Of a stretch of 64,000 nucleotides of DNA, positions 1-12,643 are shown in pieces. A program made the position numbers and the translations under genes. The DNA is taken from positions 372,001-436,000 of the forward strand of contig OY253669.1 in assembly GCA_958009085.1 (NCBI GenBank), read 5' to 3'. The DNA is from Protoeuglena noctilucae (taxonomy: Eukaryota). Under the pieces are notes generated by a model that was given only the letters and a program-made list of their open reading frames with translations, ran no database searches and was not told the origin of the DNA. The stretch's first letter is position 1, and each line of letters opens with the position of its first letter.

Positions 1-275
1 TCCACGTTCATGGGCCTGCGACGGGTCGAGAGGGTGCTCACTTGGCAGGAACGACACCATCGTTCGTCGCACAGTCGGGCTCCACGCGCGGAAGGCCCAG
101 GCGGGCTCAGGGCGGTGAGCCCTAACAACCGGCTTCGTTCGCGCGCGCTGGGACGCGAGGCGGTCCGCGCAGTCCTTCCACTCAAGCAAACGCCAATATA
201 TCGCAGAAACTCCGCCTCCGCACCGCCGCACGGTGGCGCAGAGCCCAATGTCGCGCAAGCCGGCGGCCCGCGCAC

Positions 276-364
276 CTGCATCTCAGCAGGACCTGCACGT
301 TCACTCCCGCCTCGTCATCGGGGCCGCTCGCTTTCGAACGAGCGGTGGATGGTCGCGACGACAT
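276..364 (-). CDS. Kinesin-5 (BimC/Eg5-like) first exon; the gene continues off the left edge
   Basis: MSSRPSTARSKASGPDDEAGVNVQVLLRCR ends at an AG|GTGCG donor. VNVQVLLRCR is the typical start of plant/algal kinesin-5 motor domains. Confidence 0.75.
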
Positions 365-798
365 GACAAGCAGGCGCTCAGAGGCCGGGCCGCGGCTTGA
401 GAGCGTGGGGAGGCCAGGCCTAGGTCAGGGCGTCTCTGCCGATCTCGCAAGAGCGCACCCACGCTGAATTACACAGCCAGGACAGGTGCCGTCACCCTCC
501 TCCCGCGCGGCCGGTCGAACAGGGGTCGCCCCAGCTTCAGAAACAGTGCTGAATGGAGGAGCCGAATTCGCTTTCATTCGATTTCGTTGCCGCGCGAGTC
601 CTGTCGCCGTGGTCGCCTGATGACATCGCAGGCGCCGCCTGCGTTGCCTCCTGTGCGCGTGACAGTGCGGGGGTCGAGGGGCGAGTTTTGAATTGCTGCG
701 CCGGAATGAACGCATCTCGCCAGTCGCAACGGACGCTTTTTGCTTGGTAGATTGTGGGAGCTGCTCCCGGCGTCGGGGTTTGGTCCCTGTGTTTGCAG

Positions 799-2478
799 AT
801 GGATGACGCGAAGGGCACGCCGCAACGGCGGGGCGAGGCGCGGGACTACGAGCGTGAGTCGTCTGCCCCGCACTGCCATGTGAATGTGCGATTGTGTGCC
901 AGCGAGCCGCGGTGGAAGTGGGGAAGCTGCGCCCGCAGGATTGAGCGGCATTGTCCAGCTTCTCTTCGCGGGAATCCTTCTCCTCCTTTCGATCAACGAC
1001 GTCCGCAAGCGGATACCCTGGGCCGCGCTTGGGATAACGAAGGAGGACCAATGGTGGCTCGAGCAGGCGCTGCACGTGCTACAGAAGTGCGCCATCACCC
1101 TGGTCGTCTCTGCGGGGAATAAGGACTACGTGCACTTTTGGCCGCTGCACCTCCTTCTGTCTTTCGTCGGCTCATCCGGGGGTAGCCACCTGGTCGCTTT
1201 CCTGGCTGGCGAGCCGTTCCGCATCCTCACGTGAGCGTGTGCCCCATCGCTGACCTGACCTAACGGCGGCGGATGGCTTGGTCAGCCTCCCACGGGGGCC
1301 TGGTCGAGACCCAGGCCCCGGCGCGCGTCTCTGCTGCAGGGATGGCTCCTCGGCCGGGTGGTTTCTGACCTCGTGGTATCTCGCGGCGTTCATGCCCGTC
1401 GGACACGTGGTGCGCGAGTGGCGGTTCGTTCGCACGCCCCTGGTCGCCATCTACAACTACGTGAGCCTCAAGGCCAGCGTCGACCGCGTCAACAAGACCG
1501 TGGAGACGCGGCCGGGTGAGCCAACGGCACCCGTGCTGACCTGGGCGCTGACTCATGACACAGCTGCAGCCAAGCAGTCAAGCCAGGAGCATTGCTGCGC
1601 CTCACTCCCGCAGGCGTGTGGTTCGCCGCGGTGCTCTTCGGCTCCCTGTCGTCGGGAGGGGGCGGGAGCCTCATGATGCTGGTCAAGTGGTTCTTTGGCC
1701 TCCACTCCCACCCCGGCCCGCTCTTCGTGCCACACTTCCAGGTCCGCCGCAGCATCCTCCTCACCCTGAGCTACCTAACCCTCTGCCACTGGCTCCCTAT
1801 CCCCCGCGGCCCGCGGTTCGCCACGCACGTGCGCGACGCGTTCGTGTTCCTCCTCGCGATGCACGCCGCGCTCGTCTCGCTCGGATTTGACGGCGACTTC
1901 ACGATCAAGGCGAGGCAGCCGCGCATGCACCCCCCGCGCGGATGGGGCTGGAGACCAGGCACACGATCCCACCCGCACCGCAGCGACTGGCGTCTGTGGC
2001 AACCCGCATGCAGGCGTGGCAGGCCATCTACTTCATCACGCGGATCCCGGACCCGGCGCTCGGCGCGGCAGCTTGGCCGTCCAAGCCGCCCTCGACGCAC
2101 GCCCACAAGGTCCCGGTGCCACGCAACGGGCTCGTGTGCGCCCACACGCTGGGCCATCCCGAGGCCGACCGCGTCTGGGAAGAGTTCTTGAGTCGGCACG
2201 TGGAGCGGTCGAAGGGCGATGCCTCGGGTGTGGGCGACGGGGCCGGGGGGTCCCGGAGGCGGAGCGGGGCAGCGGGGAACACCGGCGTGGGCAATGGGCA
2301 GAGCGGCACGCCTGGGGTTGGGGGAGGTGGGGCCCAGGGAAAGGACTTGCGGCGGAGGCAGGACAGCGACGACGCCATTCGTGGCGCCATTCACCGGATG
2401 ATCCAGGACGAGGCGATGGCTGAGGCGATGGTGGGGCAACGGCTGCGTCTCACGCCAGAGACGAAGAAAGCCAAGTGA
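799..2478 (+). CDS. Trimeric intracellular cation channel (TRIC/TMEM38-like), 5 exons
   Basis: The spliced multi-TM protein has two GG repeats (FVGSSGGSHLVAFLAGEPF; FGSLSSGGGGSL) and WFLTSWYLAAFMP, as in TRIC channels. The last intron (1910-2013) is GC-AG. Confidence 0.65.
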
Positions 2479-2619
2479 TGCAATGCGGGGTTTCAATGGG
2501 GTACCCGACATCTAGCCTTGGTAGGGCAGCCAGCTGGGCTGCATAGGCACGAGGATGAATCAGAGAAGTGTAACGCCCGATGCGGGCAAAAGGCGAGGCG
2601 TACAGTGACACCTTTGGGG

Positions 2620-3600
2620 CTAGACCAGCCGGCGGCCAAAGGGCCAGGTGGCGAACCCGCGCCGGCACGCGACGAAAGCAGCGAGGCCCGCGGCAGCGCC
2701 GCCGAGGTGCGCCCAGTGGCTGATGCCGTCACGGGCGGAGACTTGCATGAGCTCGAGGGCCAGGAAGCCCATGGCATAGACGCGCGCTGGGACGGGCACG
2801 AGCATCACGAAGATGGTGCCCGTTGGGTTGGCTGCCGCGTAGAAGATCGTGTAGCCGACGACGGCCGAGGAGGCGCCCCTGACGCCGGCGTTGAAGGCCG
2901 ACGCGCGGTTGTGGAGCCACGCGCCCGCTGCTGAGCAGGCCATGTACATGGCCACGAGGCGCGACGCCCCGATGGCGGCGCCAACTGCTCCCCCAAAGAA
3001 GTAGAGGCCCAGCATGTTGACGGCGAGGTGGGAGGCGTCGGCGTGGTGGAAGCCAGAGGTGACGAGAGTCCAGATGGGGCGAGTCCGGGAACAGACAAAG
3101 TTGCGGTCGATGAAGAGACGGAGGCGGTAGTTGCCCGTCGACCGGGCGTACTGCTCGGCGCCGAACACGGCCAGGTTTGCCCCCATGAGACCGTACTGCG
3201 TGCCGGGGGGTCCAGGTGAGCGGAGCTGAGGTCGCATGGACGAACCAGTCCGCGAGGCACGTGTGTGGCAAGTGCGGGACTTACCAGAGCTGAGTTCACC
3301 AAGTGGGGGTCGCGGTCCATCACCACCCGTGCGCGCGACCAGAAGGACACGCCGGGAGGTGACCGGTACTCCAGCCCGCTGCCCCAGCCAGAGGCGCACG
3401 AGCGGGCCCAGCCTGCATCTTTCAGGCCCTGCGAGGGTGGGGGAGGAAGGATGGTCTCGCTAACGAGTCAAAGACCAGCATTACCTCGTAAGGAGTCACT
3501 GAGCGATGGCTAGGGCGCAAAGGGGGCGCGTCGAGCCGCACCTTGCCCCAGGCCGACCAGAGGGACGAGGCGCGGTCCCGCAGCTGCGATGGACAGCCCA
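2620..3600 (-). CDS. Rhomboid-family intramembrane serine protease (5' end uncertain)
   Basis: Motifs WTLVTSGFHH, HLAVNM, catalytic GASS and HWAHLGG. Upstream exons join in frame through GT-AG introns; the start codon was not resolved. Confidence 0.85.
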
Positions 3601-4074
3601 GCTGGCGCAGCCACCGACGCGCAATCGTCAGTGTTACTTCTCAGAATACCCTGAAACACTTGAAGCGCGGACTTGCCGAGATCTTGATGAGACTCTCCGC
3701 AAAATACCGCCAAGCGAGTGTATTCGGCTGTAAGCCCGAGCAGGGCGGCCAGCGCCGCCCCCGTGGATACCGATCGGCGGCTGGCCGTCATTTGTCATCG
3801 CCGGGTGCGGTTCTCTCCGACAGCGTCACTTCTGGCACAGGTTTCTACCCTCCTTTGCGTTGGACTGGATGGCTCAGGCTGTATCTACGCGTGATACTTC
3901 GATGTGCGAGAGAGAACAGCCACCGCATCCCATCCAAGCTGGCGTGAGCCCCTCAAACTGGTTGATTTGCGAGCAACTGAGGGAGCTGCGGCCCCCAGCT
4001 CAACCCTCTCCTCCCTTCTTCTCGCACTCCGTTGGCAGATATCGCTAGAGGCCGAGGTCATCTTACTCGCTTTG

Positions 4075-5786
4075 ATGGCGGCGCGCTTCCGCGTGGGGGC
4101 GCCGCTGTGCGCGCTGCACTGCAGCACGTGCCTCCCCCCGCTGCGGCCGTGCCGCCCGCACAGCTCCTTGGCGCCAACGGTTAGGCGGCCTTGGGCCAAG
4201 AGAGCGACGTTCTTAGAGAAGGTGTTGGCATCGGCAAACGGCTCAGAGGCGCCTCCGTCGGATGGCGCAGCCCAGGCTCCCCGGTGCGGACAGGCCCTTG
4301 CGGCGCGCCCCCGCCGCGCTCGTCCTCTCGGCCGCCCTTCGACGCTCCGTGGCGCCGCCGTGTCTCACGCAGGCTCCTGGGCCTTCTCTCCGGCGTGCCC
4401 ATGGTCCACGACCCAGCTGACACCCTCAGCGGGGCCCGTCGCCGTGCCAACAAGGTCCCCGCGAACAAGATGATCAAGAACGCGAAGCAGCAGGCGTGCA
4501 GCTGGGCCGCCAAGTCGGTGGACGAGTTCGCGGTGCAGCTAACGGGGCCTCTCAAGACGTACGTGGGCAAGTTTCCACCCCCGCACCGCCTGCACCCGTT
4601 TGAGGCGGAGCTCCTGGACCTGAGCGTCGGCACGGAGCGCTACGTGCGGGCGGTGCAGAACGTGAACAACCTGCGCAAGTCCGTGGGCCAGACGGGGAAG
4701 GACTGGGCGGCGCGGGCGTCGCACGCGCCCAGCAAGAGGGATGCAGAGGCGGCACGGGAGGAGGCCTTCGACCTGCTGGCGTCCGTGTGGGAAAACGGAT
4801 GCCGGTCTGTCGAGAACCTCAAGGACATCGCCAGGGCAAGCGCACGCATGGCGGGGCGGCGGCTGGGGCATCGTGTGGAGTCCGCTTGTGACGCTGTGAG
4901 GTGGCATGGAACGTGTGAGGCGCCTCTTGCCCGCAGACCTTGCGCACGCTGCCGGTGGTGGACCTGGGGAGCCCGATTGTGGCGCTGGTCGGGGCGCCCA
5001 ACGTGGGCAAGAGCTCGCTCGTCAACCTGTTGTCGTCCGGCCGGCCTGAGGTGTGCAATTACCCCTTCACCACCCGGAGCATTAAGATGGGCCACTTCTA
5101 CGTCGGCAAGCGCCTCCACCAGGTCACAGGTGAGATGGCCGCTGTGCCATGCGTCCAAGCTACCGTCCGCCAAGGGCCTGTTTAAGCCGCAAGTATCGAG
5201 TCACAGCATCGAGCCACGCGCAGACACTCCGGGGCTGCTGGCGAGGGAGGACGAGGAGCGTAACAACATGGAGAAGCTGACGCTGGCGGTGCTCCACCGC
5301 CTCCCGAGCGTCCCCGTCCTCGTCATTGACGTCACGGAGGAGTGCGGCACGTCGGTGAGCAGGCGATCGCCCGGCTGCGTGACAGGGATCGTATACATGG
5401 CGAGCAGAAGCCACATGGGTGCTGGCGGGAGTCGGTGGCATGGCACATGTGCGAGTGCGACACGGCAGGCGCAATGGTGTCCGACGCTCCCCGATGGTGC
5501 GCAGATCGCCGACCAGCTGTTGATCCGGAGAGAACTGAGGGAGAGGCTGCCGGCGAAGGAGTGGATCGACGCCGTCTCTAAGGCGGACCTCCTGACCGCC
5601 GCGCACCGGAGGGTGGTCGCTGCCGAGGTGCCCGGCGCCATCCTCGTTTCCAGCGTGACGCAGCAGGGGGTCCCGGAGCTGCAGGCCGCCGTGGTGGAGG
5701 CGATCGCGAGGGAGGAGGCCCGGGCGGCCGCTGCGTTGGCCCAGAGCTCGGAGACCGACGCCGGCCTCGCCCCTACCCTGCCCTGA
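4075..5786 (+). CDS. NOG1-like (Obg family) GTP-binding protein, probably organelle-targeted
   Basis: LHPFEAELL helical domain, G1 [10 protein letters not shown]2 NYPFTT, G3 DTPG (split by an intron), G4 SKAD, and an N-terminal transit-like peptide. Intron 4836-4936 is GC-AG. Confidence 0.9.
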
Positions 5787-5950
5787 GGCCGTCCTGACTA
5801 GCCGCAACGGACAGCACGCTTTTGCCATTGGATGTCCAGTGCCATTCCTGCACACTTGATACCCAAAGAATCGGATAGGTCCAGGCCCCTCGGGGCCCAT
5901 CGTGACGGACGTGCCGTTGAACACGAGCGGCGGCGCAAGTCATGGCAGGG

Positions 5951-7353
5951 TTACTTGGTCTTCTTGCCAGCGGGGACCTTGGCGGGCTCCGAGAACGCCG
6001 CGGGGATCTTGGTGGCGCTTTGCCTGAGGAGGAACATGTACAGCCGCAGCCTGCAGGGAGGGGAGGAGCACATGGGTTGTGAAGCACGGTGCACGTGCAC
6101 ATCAAGCAGGCAGCCGGCCCGCATGCGGCCCTGGCACTCACCATAGGGGGAAGTAGACAACGAGGAGGACCTTGAGGAAGGTGGGGTAGTGGAAGCTGAC
6201 GTTGCCCATGTTCGGCAGAGAGATGGAGTTGATGTTCTTGTTGGACGCATAGGGGATGGCGCTGTAGAGGAGCCACATCTCCGCGAGCACGCCGATGGGA
6301 TACAGGGGGAGGAAGGCTGCGGCGATTGGCGGGGCACGGGTAGCTCCGGCGCGCAGGCTTGGCTGGCACAATGGCAGCCTGGTGCGTTGCGGTGCCCGTG
6401 CAGCGCACCTGTGTAGCGCACCAGCGTGACGATGGGAACCTCCAGGCGCACCGACAGCAGCGCCATGTACGGATACCGGCAGATCTCTGCGATGGCCCAC
6501 ACCGTGAGAAGGAGGCCCACGATGGGGGAGGTCTGCAGGCTCGCCACCTTGCCGATTACGAGGAAGAGCACGTGCGAGCGGCCCATCCACTGCATCATGG
6601 CGTTCAGGGGGCTGCCACGGACGAGGCCCAGTGCCGCGTGCGCCACCTCGAGGCCGGCGAAGAGCTGGCAGTAGGCGATCTGCGGTGCGGCGGGCGACGG
6701 CGCGTCGCGCGACGTCCCTGGCTCGCCAAAGCCAGCGCGTCGTCGACATTCAAACGGTCTTCGTCTCACCAGGGGGCCAGCCGTCGCGAAGACCTTGCTG
6801 AGACCCGGGGTCTTTGTGTTGAGGAAAGCGACAACCGGCTTGACGAGGGCGAGGAGGCCGCTGAGGACCTGCGCGAGGGTCGTATACTTGGCCTTCCTGC
6901 AAAGTATGGAGCGCGCGAGCATTTGCCACCAAGTCCAGCGCGGGGCGGGGCCGGGGCGGCCCCAGAACTCAAAAACGCTTGTTCACCTGGCCCATGCGAG
7001 GTGGGCCTCGAGCTCCTGAACGCCCTGGTCCGGAGGGATCGTAACCTTGGCATTCTTCGGAATGCTGGTGATCGCCTCCATGCAGAGGGCCAGGCAGGCG
7101 GCCCAGGCCATCGCCTGGACGACGCTGCAGGGAGAGAGACATTGTGGGCTCCTTTGCTACAGGCCGGTGGATCGGCGCGGGGATCCAGTAAGCACATCGC
7201 AGAAGCGTTCACGCGGTGCGTCCGCATAGAGGTCCGACCGTCCCCCAGGCCGCGGAACGCCGAACGCGGAGTCCCATGGCCCATCGGGACGTCCAGCCGC
7301 GCGCATCTGCGCGCTCGCCTGTACGCCAGCATGTGGACCTTTGCTGGCTTCAT
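5951..7353 (-). CDS. HACD: Very-long-chain 3-hydroxyacyl-CoA dehydratase (PTPLA/HACD/PAS2 family)
   Basis: LEVAHAALGLV, WAIAEICRYPY, RYTAFLPLYPIGVLAE and a C-terminal ER-retrieval signal KKTK. The first intron (7125-7318) is GC-AG. Confidence 0.9.
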
Positions 7354-7762
7354 GGTGCCCGCAGTAGCGTGCGATTGCCAAGCAAGGGCCAGTTCCAATC
7401 CACCCGTCCAGCGGCCACTACGGGCGACTTGCGATTCGATGAAGCCGACGATGGTGTCCTGAGGAACTTCTTACTCTACATGCCATAGCAGCACGCGGTG
7501 AATGTGTCCGCGGAAGACGATTTGGTGGAACTCTGGCGCGTCCCCGCCAGCTGCTCGTGACGTCCGGGTCGCTGACCGTGCCTTCCTCCTCGCGCCCAGG
7601 CCAGTTGCGTTGGAAGTCTGCTGCACGTTCGTTCCCTTGCTTTGCTTCAGCAACTGCGGGACAGCGAGTGCTGCGGGGCAGCCCAGAGTAAGCCCCACAC
7701 GGGGCCGGGGCCGTGGGCGCAGGGAAGGGCGATGGGCGGGCCGAAGTGAGTGGCGACGGACG

Positions 7763-8276
7763 ATGCCGTGAGCGTTTGTTTGGTTGCCGAGCTCGGACTC
7801 CTCAGACCGCGTGCCTCTCGGCCCACGCAGCAAGGAGAAGGTGCTGCGGTATGCTCGGAGGGCGGGGTTCTGGGGCCGGGGGCGGACGGTGTTTAAGGTG
7901 GCGCGGAAACGCATGTACAAGGCCCTAAGCAACTCCCAGTACGATCGGCACGCCAAGAGATGGGAGTTCCGGGCCAACTGGATCGAGGTGCGGGGGACGG
8001 CAGCCAGGACCCTCGGCGGCGCCCACGCTCTCTGGCGGGCTGCCGACCTGTAAATGCAGTTCTCCTGCTACCCTGGAAGCGCAGAGGATGAACGCGGCGG
8101 CGCGTCAGCACGGCCTGAGCTACTCCCGGTTCCAGTACGCCCTGCGGCTGGACAACGTGCAGCTGGACCGGAAGATTCTTGCCGACTTGGCCGTCACGGA
8201 GCCCTTCACCTTCCGGGCGCTCGTGACGCGCTGCAAGGACGTCTTGGCGGAGGTGGACAAGGGCCAGAAGAGGTGA
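7763..8276 (+). CDS. RPL20: Organellar (probably mitochondrial) ribosomal protein bL20
   Basis: MP|KEKVLRYARRAGFWGRGR...WIE|RMNAAARQHGLSYSRF...LDRKILADLAVTEPFTF. The predicted first coding exon is only 5 nt (ATGCC). Confidence 0.9.
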
Positions 8277-8551
8277 CGAGCTGCAAGCGTGCGTGCCCCA
8301 CGGCGCTGCGACCGTCTAGAAGACCTCGCCGTGCTGCTTTGAGGCAGCGCTGAGGCGCGCGCTTATCACGAGACGGGAAGGCATGCGCTCTCTTCGGCAC
8401 TTCACATGCAGGCGCAAGCAGCAGCGGCGGGAGGCGGAGGCGGTACGAGAAAAGCAAGTGTCGAGGCACCTCGAAAGCGCGGTGCAGCTGACGGAGAAGC
8501 AGCGAGAGTACATTCGTAACCTGGCTCTGGGGCGGGCATAGCGACCCATGT

Positions 8552-10679
8552 CTACCACTGTGCGCCGAGGTCGTGCCCGTCGCCGAGGGAGCCCGACCCA
8601 TGGCTGAGGCGCCTCTGGCGCGTCCCGTTGCCGCCTGGTCGCGTGCCCTTTGCCTTCTCCTCATGCACGTGCGTCCTGCGACGGCGTAATGTTCATATGT
8701 GCGGGTCTTAAGGCATGAGCCTTGTCGGCCGCTGCCGGCGCCTTGCTCGGGCATTGCCGTGCGGTGGATTTCCCCTCACCTGCTGCTGGACGCCTCCGAA
8801 AGGGCGGCCGTCGAGGGCTCGGGGGCCGCAGGGGCGCCGCCGCCAAAGTCCCGCGCGGAGAGCTTGAGGCCCAGGCGGGCCGCCATGCCAGCTGCAGCAG
8901 CGTGCCGAGAGGGCGATGCGGCCGCGTCTCTGGCCTTGCCGGGCACGAAGGGCGCGGCGAGAATCGTGGCGGCCAGGCTGGACGCCGCTGGCGCGTAGGA
9001 CGGGGCCACAGGAAGCGGCGCGACTGCTGGCGATGAGCGGAGCACGATTGGGATCTCCTAGGTGCTTGAGAGCTCTTGAATGGTCGTACACGAGAATCTC
9101 GGTCCGCGAGCGCTCACCTGGCAGCCGGTAGGGCCCCTGGGGCGGTTCTCGTGACGCAGAACGTGATCGCACCAGCACCATCACCACCTGCCGTGGCCCC
9201 TGGCCCGCCTCGCCCCGCCCCTGCACAGGCTTCTTGGTCCGGCTCCGGCCACGCCGCTTGCCCCCGCGCGCCCGGGACCCCGCCCCATCGACGACTCCCG
9301 TGCCACTGGGGTCGTCGGCCCCGCCGTTCTGGGCTCTCGCCGCCCGCATCGCCTCCAGCTCCTCCCGGGCCAGCCGCAGCTCCGCCAGCAGCTCCTCCCT
9401 GCTCGCCCCGTCGCCCGTCGCCCCGCTGGCGCCCTCGGCCACCCCCAGGGTCGCAACGGATGCCCCGCCTGTCGCAGCTGCGCCGCGTGTCAGGGCAGGC
9501 GCAGCGGACGACGCCCGCTCGGAGCCCATCGGCCTCGTCCCTGCGCCCTGACGCTCTCTCAGCCCCGGGTCCCTCGACAACGACCGCCGCAGCCTCTCCA
9601 GGAGCCCATCCACGTCGCAAGGTGGCACCCTCCCGGCCGCCACTGCGTCCCTGGCTCCTGCGTCGGTCGTCTCCTCTCGCGCCGCATCGCCCTTCGCCCC
9701 TCCTCGAACTGCGGGTCGAAGCATCTTTAGTGGCTTGGTAGCAACAGCGCACGTTGGGGGAGGCACGTCGGCAGCCGATGCCCTCGTCATGCGGTGAGCT
9801 CAGGTCACCTGAGGCCCACTCGAGCGCCTCCTCGGAGCCGACGGACTCGCCATCGTCCGTGGCGTCCGTCGCGTCCCCCGCGCCAGCCACAGGGATGGGC
9901 GCCTCTCTGTATGACGGCACTTCTGGGTCCGCATGGCGAGGGGCTCCCGACGACGTCACGGTTGGCAGCGGGGGCAGTTGGGCGGGACGAAAGCTGCCGG
10001 CAATGGCCTCTGGAGCGCCTTGCCCTGGCGGCCGCACGGGGGCCGCCGGCGGCATCAAACGACCCCACCCACCGGCCGGTGGCGCCATCGGTGGTGGGTG
10101 CGCGAGCGCCCTGGCCGGCGGAGCGCCGAGGGGAGAAGCCCGCAGGGGCGGGCGGGGGCCCCGCGATGGAGCGGCGGTCAAAGGTGCAGCCCTCGCGCCA
10201 TCGATCGACGGGCGCGCGTGGCTCGGCGCGGAGACCCTGGAGCTTCCTGCCGAGACCTCGGCTGCCCCGTTGGCAGCGGCCGTCACGTGCGTCCCGGCAG
10301 CGGTGACGACCGTCTTGGGGTGGGGCGGGGGACGAAGCGGCGGAGGTGCTAGCGGCGCCACGGCCGTGGTTGATGATGCCTGGGCGCGCTTCCTCTGCTG
10401 CTGCTGCTTGTACAGGTCGAAGATCCGGCGGCCCTCCTCCCGGGCCTCGAGGCGTGCCTGGCTGACTGGGGACGCCTTCACTCCGTCCTCCGGGGTAAGC
10501 GCGTCGTCATCCACGGGCGTGTTCTCCCTCGTGGTGGTGGCGGAGGCCGGGTGGCCCGGACGGTCCCCCGGGCTGGCAGGTTTGCGAGCTCCGGGCGAGG
10601 TGGACGGCCATGCCTGCTGGGCGTCGGGATGCAGCTCAGCGACCGCGTCAACTCTCGACCCGATGCTCTGCGCTGCCAT
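8552..10679 (-). CDS. Hypothetical low-complexity Pro/Ala-rich protein with short coiled-coil segments
   Basis: Four exons join in phase through GT-AG introns. Helical segments RLEAREEGRRIFDLYKQQQQRKR and REELLAELRLAREELEAMRAARA. No family recognised. Confidence 0.5.
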
Positions 10680-11312
10680 TTGTAGGGCCCCTGCGATCGC
10701 GGCGAGCCAGGATTGGCGTTCCTTGGGACCTGGCCCACTATGAACGCTGGGGCTCCCCGTGAGATCCGCCACGGATCTCTGGTGCAACGAAGCAAAGGGG
10801 AATCGAATATATGGCAATGGCGCGCAAGTCCCGCAAGCAGCCGGTCCCTCGCGGCTGCAGGGAGCCTGGCACACTGCCATCATGGATCGTGCATCCGACG
10901 GTCCGCTGCACTAACAGGGCATACGAGGCACTGCCATTCATGCACCTGCCTTACCTTGCATGACTGCCGGGCAAGTACCCTGACCCGTGGCTATCCTGCG
11001 GGCCTCGCGAGGACCAAACGCGGGACAGGTTCGATGCGCGCGCAGGGGAGTGTCGATGCGCCTTCCGGCTGGCTCCAGAGACGCACGAGAAGCAGAGGTT
11101 GGCATCGATGTGGCCACAGGGTCGGCGAATTTCAAATGACGGGGTCCGACAGCAAGATTGACGCGTCAGAACAATTATTCTGCGGGCTCGTCAGCTCCCT
11201 GGGGCCAGTCTGCGCCGCAGCACTCTGTTGACGCACTCCTGACGCGTGACTTAAAGACTGTCAAACGGCATCACAACACTGCTAGCGTTGCCAGCCCATC
11301 CTGTTTGTTCCC

Positions 11313-12187
11313 ATGCCGCTTCTCCGCCACTTGCCGCCAGGGCAGCTAGCGCGCTTCCGCGAGTTCACGGGCAGGTTTTTTCCGCATCGCACATCGCGCT
11401 GGCCCTTACGCTCGCACGTGCGGGCGGATAGCACGCCCGATGGAGCGCATGCGTCGACGTCCGCGCCCCAGGGGCCGAAGCCAGAGTTGCTGTGGGCCAA
11501 GCATTGCGCGGAGTGTGGGGGCAAGAACGCCCTGGTCGTGCCCAAAGGGGACAACCGGTGGCGTCACGTGTGCGAGACGTGCGGGGCCACGAGGTACTTC
11601 AACCCCGTGATGGTCGTCGGCTGCCTCGTCGAGCATGACGGCAAGGTCATGCTGTGCCGAAGGGCGATAGAGCCCTGCGTCGGCAGGTGGGGGCTGCCGG
11701 CAGGGTACCTGGAGTGGGGCGAAACGACGGCCGAGGGGGCGCAGCGGGAGGTCTGGGAGGAGGCGACGGCAAGGGTCCGGGTGCTGGCTCCGTTCGCCCA
11801 CCTGGACATCCCGGCAATCGGGCAGACGTACCTGCTGTTCCGGGCCGCGTTGGCCGCTCCCTTCACGTTCTCTGCGGGGCCCGAGTCTCAGGAAGTGGGG
11901 CTGTTTGGCCTGGACGAGCTGCCGTGGAATGACATTGCGTTCTCATCCACGTCCGTGGCCCTGAAGGCGAGGGGCTCTGGGTGAAGCCCTACTGCCATGG
12001 TGCCGTGCGCAAGTGGACGCGTGCCGGACTCCTTTGCGCCTTGTGCTGTGACCCGCAGTGGTACGTGGAGGACGCCCAGCGGGGCGATGAGTTCGGGCCA
12101 CACTACGGCGTCATCGACAAGCTGCCCAAAGCAGGGCCGAGCGGCGCGTTCCAGCTGCGGAAGCACGCGCTGCCGGCAGAACAGTGA
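11313..12187 (+). CDS. NUDT23: Nudix hydrolase with Zn-ribbon, NUDT23-like (plastid FAD/ADP-ribose pyrophosphatase type)
   Basis: CAECG...CETCG Zn ribbon, Nudix box GYLEWGETTAEGAQREVWEE, LPWNDIAFSS and a transit-like N-terminus. Single GC-AG intron 11967-12058. Confidence 0.9.
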
Positions 12188-12643
12188 CACTCCACGTTGC
12201 AAAGCAAAGGTGGGAGAGCATTCCACTACTAAACACTGTATCAGGGATAGGCTGCAGCGTGGGGCGCGCCATGTGCATACACCTGCCACGCGACGGACGT
12301 GACGCTGCACCGCAGGCGGCACCGCTCTGTGCCCAGCGGACGGCAAGGTGGCTGGTGACGACGGTGACCAGCACGAGGCTCGAGTTGTCCAAATCTGAAC
12401 AACGTATGCGCGGCGGCTCGTGGATGTAATGCCCCACCGGGTGCTAGCAAGGGCCCACAGCGCCGTTTATAGCTGCAAGAGCAGAACAGGATATCCTGCT
12501 AGGCGTGCGGGCAGGGAGACGGTGAGCATGAAACGATAAAAGCCCCCCGGCATTGCCACCAACAACAGCTGTTTGCAGCTGGCAAGACGGGGCATGCTGA
12601 CGGCCAGCCAGGTGGACCTGAGACAGCGACTTTGCTGACGTCG

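Noticed and set aside
553..750. 65-aa ORF upstream of TRIC as an extra coding exon
   Set aside because: I found no donor phase that joins it in frame to the TRIC ATG. It is more likely leader or intron sequence.
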